Shown in pieces: positions 7,690 through 15,399 of a DNA stretch of 64,000 bases. The stretch is taken from contig NZ_CAKZKO010000011.1 in assembly GCF_937123705.1 (NCBI RefSeq), positions 6,667-70,666 of the forward strand. The letters are read 5' to 3'. The stretch is from an uncultured Paraglaciecola sp. (GTDB lineage: Bacteria; Pseudomonadota; Gammaproteobacteria; Enterobacterales; Alteromonadaceae). Below the pieces are notes generated by a model. That model saw only the letters and a program-made list of their open reading frames with translations. It did no database searches and had not been told where the DNA came from. The position numbers were made by a program, and so were the translations under genes. Numbering within the stretch: position 1 is the first letter of the stretch; each line of letters begins with the position of its first letter.

Positions 7690-8577
7690 TTACTCTTCGT
7701 CATAAATATGAGCACTACGTACATTGACATGTAAAAGAGAAAATGCCCCTCTTCCTGAATCAATCTCACCGGTGTGCGCATAGCTTTTAGACCAATCAAC
7801 CGCCATTTTTAGATATTCTTGTCTTTTCTTTTTCAATGTATTTATTTCTGAAAAATCAAACATTGATTCTATACCCAGAAATGCTTGCTCTCCAGTTCGA
7901 AAGGGCTCTCCTAATCCGAACGAACTCCAAGAAACAAGTAGTGACCACATCCGGATTAGGAAGGCAAAGTCCTTATCAACTTCATCCCACTCCACCACCG
8001 GCATTGCTTCATTATGCGAAATTAGTTTATTTCTATACAGCATTGCTTGTGAATTTTCATTCGTGAAACGACCATTTTTGAAGTCAAGAGCAGCATTAAT
8101 GCAATCCATTTCTAACTTTGTGCAAGCGCCTTCTTTTAGCATAATTGGTGAAACATTATTCCATAGCTTGCGTAATGAACTGTCACGCCCATCTTTGCTT
8201 AAAAGCTTGCCAAATATTGAGAAAATGCCATATATTGCACCCACATACCACTGGGCATAAAAGCCACTTTCTTTGAATGAATTACGCTTCGTTTCAACAT
8301 TTTGGAAAGCATAAACAACTGCACGCCATTCAATTAATTCAAGAATCAACTCATCAATTCCCTGAGGATAATTCCCGTTCTTGAAATCATCACTATGTTT
8401 CCATTGTTTTACCTTGTCTAGCTCAGTGAGCCACAAATTTCTCGAAACATCGTCATGGGAATTGTTTGCCATCTTTTGATAATAACAAATAGCAGAATTA
8501 ACCTCCTCTATGGATTTCGTCTTATTCGTTACAGAAACAACGTATTCTTTCGCTTCATCAGTATTATTAAAAACCAA
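7690..8577 (-). CDS. HEPN-domain (AbiU2-like) protein, possible RNase/defence factor
   Basis: R-x5-H motif RNKLISH preceded by KLLSKDGRDSSLRKL; AT-rich cargo gene; AAGGAG RBS before TTG. Confidence 0.6.
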   Translation of the reverse strand: MVFNNTDEAKEYVVSVTNKTKSIEEVNSAICYYQKMANNSHDDVSRNLWLTELDKVKQWKHSDDFKNGNYPQGIDELILELIEWRAVVYAFQNVETKRNSFKESGFYAQWYVGAIYGIFSIFGKLLSKDGRDSSLRKLWNNVSPIMLKEGACTKLEMDCINAALDFKNGRFTNENSQAMLYRNKLISHNEAMPVVEWDEVDKDFAFLIRMWSLLVSWSSFGLGEPFRTGEQAFLGIESMFDFSEINTLKKKRQEYLKMAVDWSKSYAHTGEIDSGRGAFSLLHVNVRSAHIYDEE

Positions 8578-8744
8578 ACTCGACTCCTTTCTAATTGACT
8601 TTCACAAAGACTTCTCAGCAACTCTGCTTGCTCCGCCACTTCTAACAAAATATTTGTCAAACTAGTTGTAAGCCCAATTTGACATGAGTCAACCCGAAGC
8701 AATGGTTGCTAATCATTTATAAAATGTAAACTAACGCTGCTTTA

Positions 8745-10016
8745 TCAGATCCTCTTTGATGTAAAGGTTACGATGTTATCTCGCACTGGAATCGACGCGA
8801 TCGGCCTATCATGCACTAACGCAAACAACTTCTCACACCATGCCCCATAAGCCTCGGCTTGTTCTGCCAAATAATCATAATGATCATAAACCCTTGCCAC
8901 TTGACTACCCACAGCATGGCCGAGCATCACTTCAGCCACATGGAAACTGGTGAGCGTCGAGAAACGTGAGCGCGCGGTACGGCGCAGGTCATGCATTGAG
9001 AAATGCGCCATTTCAAAGCCTTCATATCGGCGTAGGTGCTGCATGATGTTATATGGCAGCGCCAATGGCGCACGAATGCCCATAACCTCGTCTGAACCAT
9101 CATTGGTAAAGGCATATTGGCTATCAGGGCTCAGTGCAAAAGCTTGTTTTAAATAGACTGCGATAGATGACGTAATTGGCCGTAATAACGGCTTGCCGCT
9201 TTTCTTACCGAGCTTGTGATTTTCAGGCGGGATCGTCCAGACCCCAGCATTAAAATCAAAATGCTGTTTTTCGGCCTGTCGCAGTTCACCATTGCGACAA
9301 CCATAGATAAGGCAGAGCTTTACAAATAGTTTGTTCTTTGGTGTGATACGGGAATTATTGACCGCCAGCCAAAGCATTTTGATTTCATCGTCATTCAGAA
9401 CACGATCGGTAGAGCGTTTCTGGATTTGTAAATCTTCTTTAGCGTAGATATCAGACAGCGGGTTGATTGGCACCAGTTTGCGTTTCATCGCGAATTTATA
9501 AAGCTGCTTAGCATTCACCAAAATACGCTCAGAGATTGCTGGTTTGGTTTTAGCGAGGGCTTCTAAGATTTCCAGCCATGCGTGTAATGTAATTTTCTCG
9601 GCTGGCAATTTGCCGAGCTTTGGAAACACATGGATTTCAAAGCTGCGCTTGATTTCTGTGTGGCCTTTTTTGTTATGAATGCAATATGCCTCATACCACA
9701 AGTCGAACAGCCCTGTGAGCGATTCAGCGGCAATAATGGCTTGTTTCTCAAGCAAGCGCACCACTTTGGGGTCATGTCCCTGCTCAAGCTGTTTTTTAAG
9801 GCGCTGTGCTTCTGTTCTGGCTTCCTTTAAGCTCATCAGTGGGTATGAGCCTAAATCTACGCGGCCAGCTTTACCAAAGTACTGGTAACGCAGCGTGTAG
9901 GTAATTTTGCCTTTTGGAGACAACCTAGCGCTCAGACCGTCACGATCTGTTTTCTCTGCGGCTTTGTCTCTCAGCTTTCTATTGTTGGCTTTTAGCCATG
10001 TTTCAGTCAGTGCCAC
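8745..10016 (-). CDS. Tyrosine integrase, P4-like, with an N-terminal arm-binding domain
   Basis: DRDGLSARLSPKGK...LGSYPLMSLKEAR; catalytic motifs GCR, HDLRRT, LGH and VYDHY. Confidence 0.93.
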   Translation of the reverse strand: MALTETWLKANNRKLRDKAAEKTDRDGLSARLSPKGKITYTLRYQYFGKAGRVDLGSYPLMSLKEARTEAQRLKKQLEQGHDPKVVRLLEKQAIIAAESLTGLFDLWYEAYCIHNKKGHTEIKRSFEIHVFPKLGKLPAEKITLHAWLEILEALAKTKPAISERILVNAKQLYKFAMKRKLVPINPLSDIYAKEDLQIQKRSTDRVLNDDEIKMLWLAVNNSRITPKNKLFVKLCLIYGCRNGELRQAEKQHFDFNAGVWTIPPENHKLGKKSGKPLLRPITSSIAVYLKQAFALSPDSQYAFTNDGSDEVMGIRAPLALPYNIMQHLRRYEGFEMAHFSMHDLRRTARSRFSTLTSFHVAEVMLGHAVGSQVARVYDHYDYLAEQAEAYGAWCEKLFALVHDRPIASIPVRDNIVTFTSKRI

Positions 10017-10047
10017 CTTTCAGTCCTTAGCCCGCTTTGCGGATCTG

Positions 10048-10315
10048 TTTGTACAAATTTTTTAAGGAAGGTTTGTACAACAAAATTTGTACGAGAATTT
10101 GTACAAATTTCTTCTGACTGAGGATGACATAGACTGTCTTGAGATGGTGATAGGACAACCAAAGACGCGTTATAACATTTTGTTTTTAATAGAAAATGTG
10201 TCTTTTGGTGTCTTAACTTGGCTTAGGCAACTTTATTCGGATGCGAGATGATAGCAAAAGTCCTTCGCTTGTTGATTTCACTGACAAAATTGCTATTACT
10301 CATACCGACAGAACC
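10048..10315. promoter_or_regulatory. att arm of the P4-like integrase
   Basis: TTTGTAC at 10048, 10072, 10086 and 10098; TGTCTT-type repeats with 10-bp period at 10199, 10209 and 10219; candidate core at 10296-10315. Confidence 0.6.
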
Positions 10316-10426
10316 CTTATATACACCTAAATTTACACCCGTTTAATACATCACCTTCAGAACACAGTTTGAAGGTGGCTTTTGATCTGGAGATTGATAG
10401 CGAATTATCAAGCTCCAGTTGTTTTA

Positions 10427-11062
10427 TCAAGCCCCGACGCCTTTCGCACCTGCAAAGAGCAGCATTGCGCTAAAATCATGCTCATCAGCAGCTCGAAGCG
10501 CAGCAATATATTCATTGCGGCGCTCATTCATGGCTTCCAGCCTATAATTACCTGCCCAATCAATGGCAGGCTCATTTAATAGTTTAGTTAATATCGCGTC
10601 CGCCATAATCCTTGCATGGCGACCGTTACCGTTAGGAAACGGGTGAATATACACTAATTTGTGATGAAACCTTGCAGCGAGCTCTTTAGGCTCAAAGGTT
10701 CGATGCTCAACCCAGTATTTTGCATCATCCAACAATTGTCTTAGCTGAATGGATACTTGAATCGGATCTACACCAATATTTTTTTCTGTACGGCGGAATG
10801 TTCCCGCCCATTTCCAAACACTGCCAAAAAGCTTTCTATGCAGCTCACAAACAAAAGCTTCTGATAATACATCAGGCGTTTTTTGCTTTGCCAACCATTT
10901 AAGCCCATCGGTGATCCCGGCTTGTTCAAGTTGATCAAGTTCACCTCTGGTCGAAACATGCTTAAATTTAAGCCCAGCGAGTTCATCAGGATCTAATGGT
11001 GTAGCCCCTTCTGGATGTTCGACAAGATTTGAATAGTGCTCAGTTTTGTCCATCGCACTCAT
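10427..11062 (-). CDS. Fic-domain protein (mobile mystery protein B)
   Basis: HPFPNGNGR Fic motif; N-terminal PEGATPLDPDE; 4-bp overlap with the upstream XRE gene. Confidence 0.92.
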   Translation of the reverse strand: MSAMDKTEHYSNLVEHPEGATPLDPDELAGLKFKHVSTRGELDQLEQAGITDGLKWLAKQKTPDVLSEAFVCELHRKLFGSVWKWAGTFRRTEKNIGVDPIQVSIQLRQLLDDAKYWVEHRTFEPKELAARFHHKLVYIHPFPNGNGRHARIMADAILTKLLNEPAIDWAGNYRLEAMNERRNEYIAALRAADEHDFSAMLLFAGAKGVGA

Positions 11063-11532
11063 TCATCATTCCAAAAGTCTGACGGCATTTTATCCACTAT
11101 TTGCGCAGCAATTCGTTGAATTTCATATTCTAATTGTTCTTTATTCAAAGATTGTGCTTCAAGCGCCATATGGGTTGAAGCTGCTTTTACCTGCAAACGC
11201 GCTTTTTCTTTCGCGCGCTGCTTAATTATGGCTTCAACGTCGTTATTTGGCACAACAGCATATACAAACTTACAATCCATAGCTTCAGCCATGCTTTGCA
11301 TTGTCTTCAATGTTACACTGCCTGACGGCTCGTCTTGCTCGGCTTTTGACACTCTGGATTTAGTCACGCCAAGCCGCTTTGCCAATTGCGTACCAGACAT
11401 GCCAAGCGCATTTCTAACGGTTCTGAGCCATCCCTCTTGGGGATGCATAGAGAAATCACCAAACTGCTTTACAGCTTGGTTAACTTTATCCCGATATTGC
11501 TTAGCAACTATCTTCTCTATACTCATTGTCAA
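11059..11532 (-). CDS. XRE HTH protein (mobile mystery protein A)
   Basis: GWLRTVRNALGMS...LAKRLGV...AEAMDCKFVYA...HMALEAQ...W signature. Confidence 0.92.
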   Translation of the reverse strand: MTMSIEKIVAKQYRDKVNQAVKQFGDFSMHPQEGWLRTVRNALGMSGTQLAKRLGVTKSRVSKAEQDEPSGSVTLKTMQSMAEAMDCKFVYAVVPNNDVEAIIKQRAKEKARLQVKAASTHMALEAQSLNKEQLEYEIQRIAAQIVDKMPSDFWNDE

Positions 11533-11623
11533 CCTTTATGTTTACGATGACGTTAATTAAGTCAATATATTTATATACCAAACACAGTCTTATGTCAATA
11601 AAAATGTATACTACTACAACAAA

Positions 11624-11647
11624 GCTGTATACATATATGTATACAGC
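11624..11647. repeat. Perfect 24-bp palindrome
   Basis: GCTGTATACATA/TATGTATACAGC. Confidence 0.9.
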
Positions 11648-12150
11648 CATACTACGTAAGTGAACATATACATTGACCAATGGTTTATGAAACAAGAATT
11701 TTACGGCGCTAACTGCCGTAAAACGGTAAAAATGTAAACTGCTATCGGTGGCGTCATTGCCGATAGTCAGTAATATTGAAACTTTTGGGGCTCAGCTTGA
11801 CGACTGCAAAAACAAGATAGACAAAGCATGAGTGATTTAGGCAGCAAGGGCTCTAAGCCCCAAAAGTTCGCAACAAAAAGTAAACTCCCGTCCCTTCAAC
11901 ATAAAAGGGCAAGAACGCCAATATTTAGTGGTTCCAGAAAATATGCCCTTCCTGATAACCTGCTTCGATGGTGAATGCATCATAAAAATCGGTTAAAAAA
12001 CACTCCAAATAGGTGTCAGTTTTAATTGATCATTAAAGATATTAATATATGATTAAAATGAGGCTCAAAAAACAACCATTTTGCTAATTTAGGTGGAACG
12101 AATTTCAAAGAGTAATGCTTACAGGCGTTGCTTCATATGAGGAGATTTAA

Positions 12151-12405
12151 ATGTATATTACTGGTACTGACCTAAGAAATATGCGTCTTGATGCTGGATT
12201 AACAACGGTTATGATGGCAACCCTTGCTAATGTTAAAACTCGTAAGACTTACGAAAATTGGGAAAAAAATGTCGGGGCACCGAGTATGAATCAGTTTATC
12301 GCTATGTGTGTGGGCTGTAACTACAACTCGTCTAAGTTTGTAAAATTGGCGCTGGATAACAATGGCAGTGATAAAAACATCGATGTCACGGCTGCCCGTC
12401 GTTAA
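12151..12405 (+). CDS. XRE-family HTH regulator
   Basis: LRNMRLDAGLT...TRKTYENWE...PSMNQF; GAGGAG RBS. Confidence 0.85.
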   Translation: MYITGTDLRNMRLDAGLTTVMMATLANVKTRKTYENWEKNVGAPSMNQFIAMCVGCNYNSSKFVKLALDNNGSDKNIDVTAARR

Positions 12406-12469
12406 ATGATTGCACTGGGAACCGAGTTCCCTTCCCTATCATTTAGTCTGCCTTAATTAAGCCCATTAA

Positions 12470-12919
12470 TTACCCTAAGTAACAGCACATTATTAGGGCA
12501 TCTTCTTTACCTTTGGCGCTAGGGTAATAATTTTCTCTTTGCTCAACCACGATAAAACCCGCTTTGTCATAAAGACTAATGGCAGCAGCATTAGACTCAC
12601 GTACTTCTAGCCACACTTGCTGAATGTTATTTTGATGACATTGATCTAACAAGTGCTGCAGTAATAATTTGCCTAACCCTTTGCCTTGATAATTATCACT
12701 GACCACAATATCCATCAATGTCACTTCATCTAGCACTGTCATGCCGATGTAATAACCTAATGCTTGATTATCTTGATTAAGTGAAAAGGCAAAATAGGGC
12801 TTAGTTAAGCAGTCTTCGAATATCTTACGAGACCAAGGTGAATACTGACCTTGTTTATGCAGTTCAAAATAAGGGGCGCTATTTTGTGGCGTAACAGGGG
12901 AAAAAGTTGGGGTCATCAA
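12470..12919 (-). CDS. rimI: Ribosomal protein S18 alanine N-acetyltransferase
   Basis: GNAT motifs QGKGLG, LEVRESN, LY...GF and NYY...EDALIM. Confidence 0.93.
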   Translation of the reverse strand: MMTPTFSPVTPQNSAPYFELHKQGQYSPWSRKIFEDCLTKPYFAFSLNQDNQALGYYIGMTVLDEVTLMDIVVSDNYQGKGLGKLLLQHLLDQCHQNNIQQVWLEVRESNAAAISLYDKAGFIVVEQRENYYPSAKGKEDALIMCCYLG

Positions 12920-12938
12920 ATTAAATGGATTCGTTAGA

Positions 12939-13430
12939 TTAAAGAGGTAAAGCAGTTTGTAATTGCTGCCAAAGTTGCTTTTTGCTATCGCTGTTATGTA
13001 ACGCTGTTAAAGGCGGCGTGGTCAAATTACTCTGATGAAAACGAATGTTTTCGCCTTGGGACCAACATAAGGGGTAGTCTGAATATTGACTTATTTGCTC
13101 ATTTGAAATGTATATAAGTTGTTTAGTATCTAAGCCTAACGCAATTAATACGTCGCTAAACATTGGTTCTTTACTGTCTTCTGGCGAAAAAGTGACGAGT
13201 AGCGAATTGGTACTTTCACTTTTTTGGGTTTTCACTTTGAGTTGTTTTAACTTGGCTAGGGCATCTTCTGTTGAGGAAGTCTCTGAAGGTTTACCATCAT
13301 GTTTAGGGCTAAGCCCCTCGGTGTTTACAGCTGACTGTTGTTCGTTGACTAACTGCCATGAGGATATCCCCATTTCGTGCAAAATGGCCTGTTGATAATC
13401 ACTTATAACAAATTGAGATTTATTTTCCAT
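12939..13430 (-). CDS. holD: DNA polymerase III psi subunit-like protein
   Basis: LHEMGISSW at the N-terminus, KKQLWQQL at the C-terminus; holD-rimI synteny. Confidence 0.7.
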   Translation of the reverse strand: MENKSQFVISDYQQAILHEMGISSWQLVNEQQSAVNTEGLSPKHDGKPSETSSTEDALAKLKQLKVKTQKSESTNSLLVTFSPEDSKEPMFSDVLIALGLDTKQLIYISNEQISQYSDYPLCWSQGENIRFHQSNLTTPPLTALHNSDSKKQLWQQLQTALPL

Positions 13431-13500
13431 TGCAACAGATTAACATGAATTGACTACAGATAGGCATGGTTAAAGACAAGTGAGTAGCGTAAGAATTATT

Positions 13501-13577
13501 TGGCAGGGGTGGAGGGATTCGAACCCCCAGCCATCGGTTTTGGAGACCGCTGTTCTACCAATTGGAACTACACCCCT
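13501..13577 (-). tRNA. tRNA-Trp (CCA)
   Basis: Cloverleaf AGGGGTG...CTCCAAA...GGTTCGAATCC...CACCCCTGCCA. Confidence 0.97.
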
Positions 13578-13689
13578 GCTGAGGTGCTGAATTATACTGA
13601 CGCAAGGCAAAAGGTAAAGTGATTTTAGGTTTACAATCGATATCTAGTGCACAACTGCTCGTTTAACAGGCGACTCGTCTAATAAAAGC

Positions 13690-14481
13690 TCAAGCTGACT
13701 GCTTTGCAGCCTGATACCAAAGCATATTGGTTAGTTCGACTAGGGGCTTCATAGTGGTCACTTTGGCAACAACTTCCGATACACGCTGTTTAGTAGATTG
13801 AGCATAAAAGGCGCACAAGCTAGCTTCATTTGTAGCACTAAAACCATTTACCAAGATACAGGATGCCAAATCAAAATAAGGACAAGATTTCGAGCAATAT
13901 TCCCAATCAAAAACTTTATAGGGCGTTGCATAAGTGACATGTGATAGCGCCAAATCGTTATGGCAAAATACCGTCTTATTGGCGCAGGCTTGTTGCCATA
14001 CGTCCCTATAGTTGTCTAGCGTTCGCTGCTGCTGTGCTGAAACAGGAAGATCAATCAGGTTTATGTAATGTTGCCATTGACTCGGCAAGTCTAGCTCAGG
14101 GGCATCGACTTCTGTGCTGTGTAATGTTGACAAAACAGACGCTAAGGTTTGACTCGTCTCTACATCAGATAGGCCGGCCATATCTAAGGTAGCAACATCA
14201 AGCCATTGATCAACTTGAAATGTCTCCGTCTTCGACAAATAAATAGGCTTTACTGCCAGTCCCTTTTCAGCCAGTGTTTGTTGAATATCAAACAGCCTTT
14301 TTCTATCTAACACGGCAATATTGTCAGACTCAAAGGTTTTCACAAAATAGCTTTTGTTGCTGGTTGCTAGTCGGTAACTACTATTAAGCGCCCCGCCCTT
14401 TAAAGCATTAAGATGAAAACCTTCACAGACAAAGGGCAAACCCGCTAATTCAGTTTCCATCCTAACCTTTAATGGCTTCAT
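13690..14481 (-). CDS. Choline/aminoglycoside-kinase-fold phosphotransferase, probable thiamine kinase
   Basis: CHNDL and DWEY motifs; last gene of the TPP-riboswitch operon. Confidence 0.8.
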   Translation of the reverse strand: MKPLKVRMETELAGLPFVCEGFHLNALKGGALNSSYRLATSNKSYFVKTFESDNIAVLDRKRLFDIQQTLAEKGLAVKPIYLSKTETFQVDQWLDVATLDMAGLSDVETSQTLASVLSTLHSTEVDAPELDLPSQWQHYINLIDLPVSAQQQRTLDNYRDVWQQACANKTVFCHNDLALSHVTYATPYKVFDWEYCSKSCPYFDLASCILVNGFSATNEASLCAFYAQSTKQRVSEVVAKVTTMKPLVELTNMLWYQAAKQSA

Positions 14482-15083
14482 GCACCCTCGGTTTGGCTTT
14501 TTGGATTAACCGGTTCAATGCGCCACTGCACAAATCCATAAATGGCAAAGCCGGTGTAACATAAAAATAAGATCCCTGTTAAGGCTAAGTCTTTAGCAAA
14601 ATAAAGATACGCAGCAAACAGGTTGATCACAATCCAGTACAGCCAATTTTCACGTACTTTATGGGCCACCAGTACAGTAGTGAACACACTAAATACCGTT
14701 ATAAAGGCATCGAGATATAAATACTGGGCATCTAAAACTGACTTTGCCACTTGGCTTAAAACAAAAGCGCCAATTGTTAGTCCTAAAATACTCATTATAT
14801 GCCGAGATAGCGGCCAACTTTGCACAGCCAAAGTATCTTTTTGGTTATTTCGCCATTTTATCAATCCATACACAGCCATGATCAAATAGTAAAAATTTAA
14901 CCCAGTATGAAAAGGTAACGATACACTCCAAAATAACCAAGTGTAGATTCCAGTACTTAATAACGCGCTAGGCCAACACCAAATATTTTGCCTCGCCGCC
15001 AACCACACATAAGCCAAGGCAAAAAATACCGCAATACCTTCTTGCCAAGAAGTGGCCACTAATTGTGCTACAAAACTATCCAT
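14478..15083 (-). CDS. pnuC: PnuC-family transporter (probably thiamine, PnuT-like)
   Basis: NIWCW, LDAF and ENWLYW motifs. Confidence 0.9.
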   Translation of the reverse strand: MDSFVAQLVATSWQEGIAVFFALAYVWLAARQNIWCWPSALLSTGIYTWLFWSVSLPFHTGLNFYYLIMAVYGLIKWRNNQKDTLAVQSWPLSRHIMSILGLTIGAFVLSQVAKSVLDAQYLYLDAFITVFSVFTTVLVAHKVRENWLYWIVINLFAAYLYFAKDLALTGILFLCYTGFAIYGFVQWRIEPVNPKSQTEGA

Positions 15084-15340
15084 TAAACATCTGAGCTCAT
15101 TTTGTCACCATTCAAAAATTTGCAGACAAAAATTGCCTGCCCCACTTCCTCGTGGCTGCGTTGCATTTCTTCCGCGAGTAATTGCATGGTAGGTAAATAC
15201 TCACCACTGACTGTGGTACTGGTTGCTGTTGTCACAACCTGTATATTTTCATAGGTGTTTAAGCGGTCAATAAATGTTTGAATCGGCCCAATGTATTGTT
15301 CTTTTAGAGGATACATTGATATCTCTGCCACTAATTTCAT
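15083..15340 (-). CDS. YkoF-like thiamine-binding protein
   Basis: AEISMYPL...I..FI..L motif; operon context. Confidence 0.8.
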   Translation of the reverse strand: MKLVAEISMYPLKEQYIGPIQTFIDRLNTYENIQVVTTATSTTVSGEYLPTMQLLAEEMQRSHEEVGQAIFVCKFLNGDKMSSDV

Positions 15341-15399
15341 GTTAACTCCTTAAAATAAAAGCCGGAATGACAGGTCAATTCCGGCTTGAGATAGCGTAT

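Larger units (their letters stand above)
1..10315. mobile_element. Composite integrative mobilizable element / genomic island (right part; continues left of the window)
   Basis: Relaxase, mobC, VirD4/TraG, AlpA-like excisionase and two tyrosine integrases cluster here. Arm-type repeats and a candidate att core lie at 10048-10315. The right boundary is inferred, and accessory DNA continues to about 11900. Confidence 0.85.

Noticed and set aside
10048-10104. CRISPR-like or iteron array
   Set aside because: The repeats are only 7 bp with short irregular spacers and no cas or rep gene nearby; arm-type sites fit better. I saw no CRISPR array anywhere in the window.
11625-11646. LexA (SOS) box
   Set aside because: CTGT and ACAG are separated by 14 bp, not 8; kept only as a palindrome.
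11835-11982. Displaced 5' end of dusA marking an att site
   Set aside because: The minus-strand ATGTTGAAGGGACG only loosely resembles the APMLDWT codons, and the frame does not translate to DusA-like sequence.
13501-13577. tRNA-Trp as the island integration site
   Set aside because: Core genes lie between it and the island, and I found no duplicate of its 3' end.
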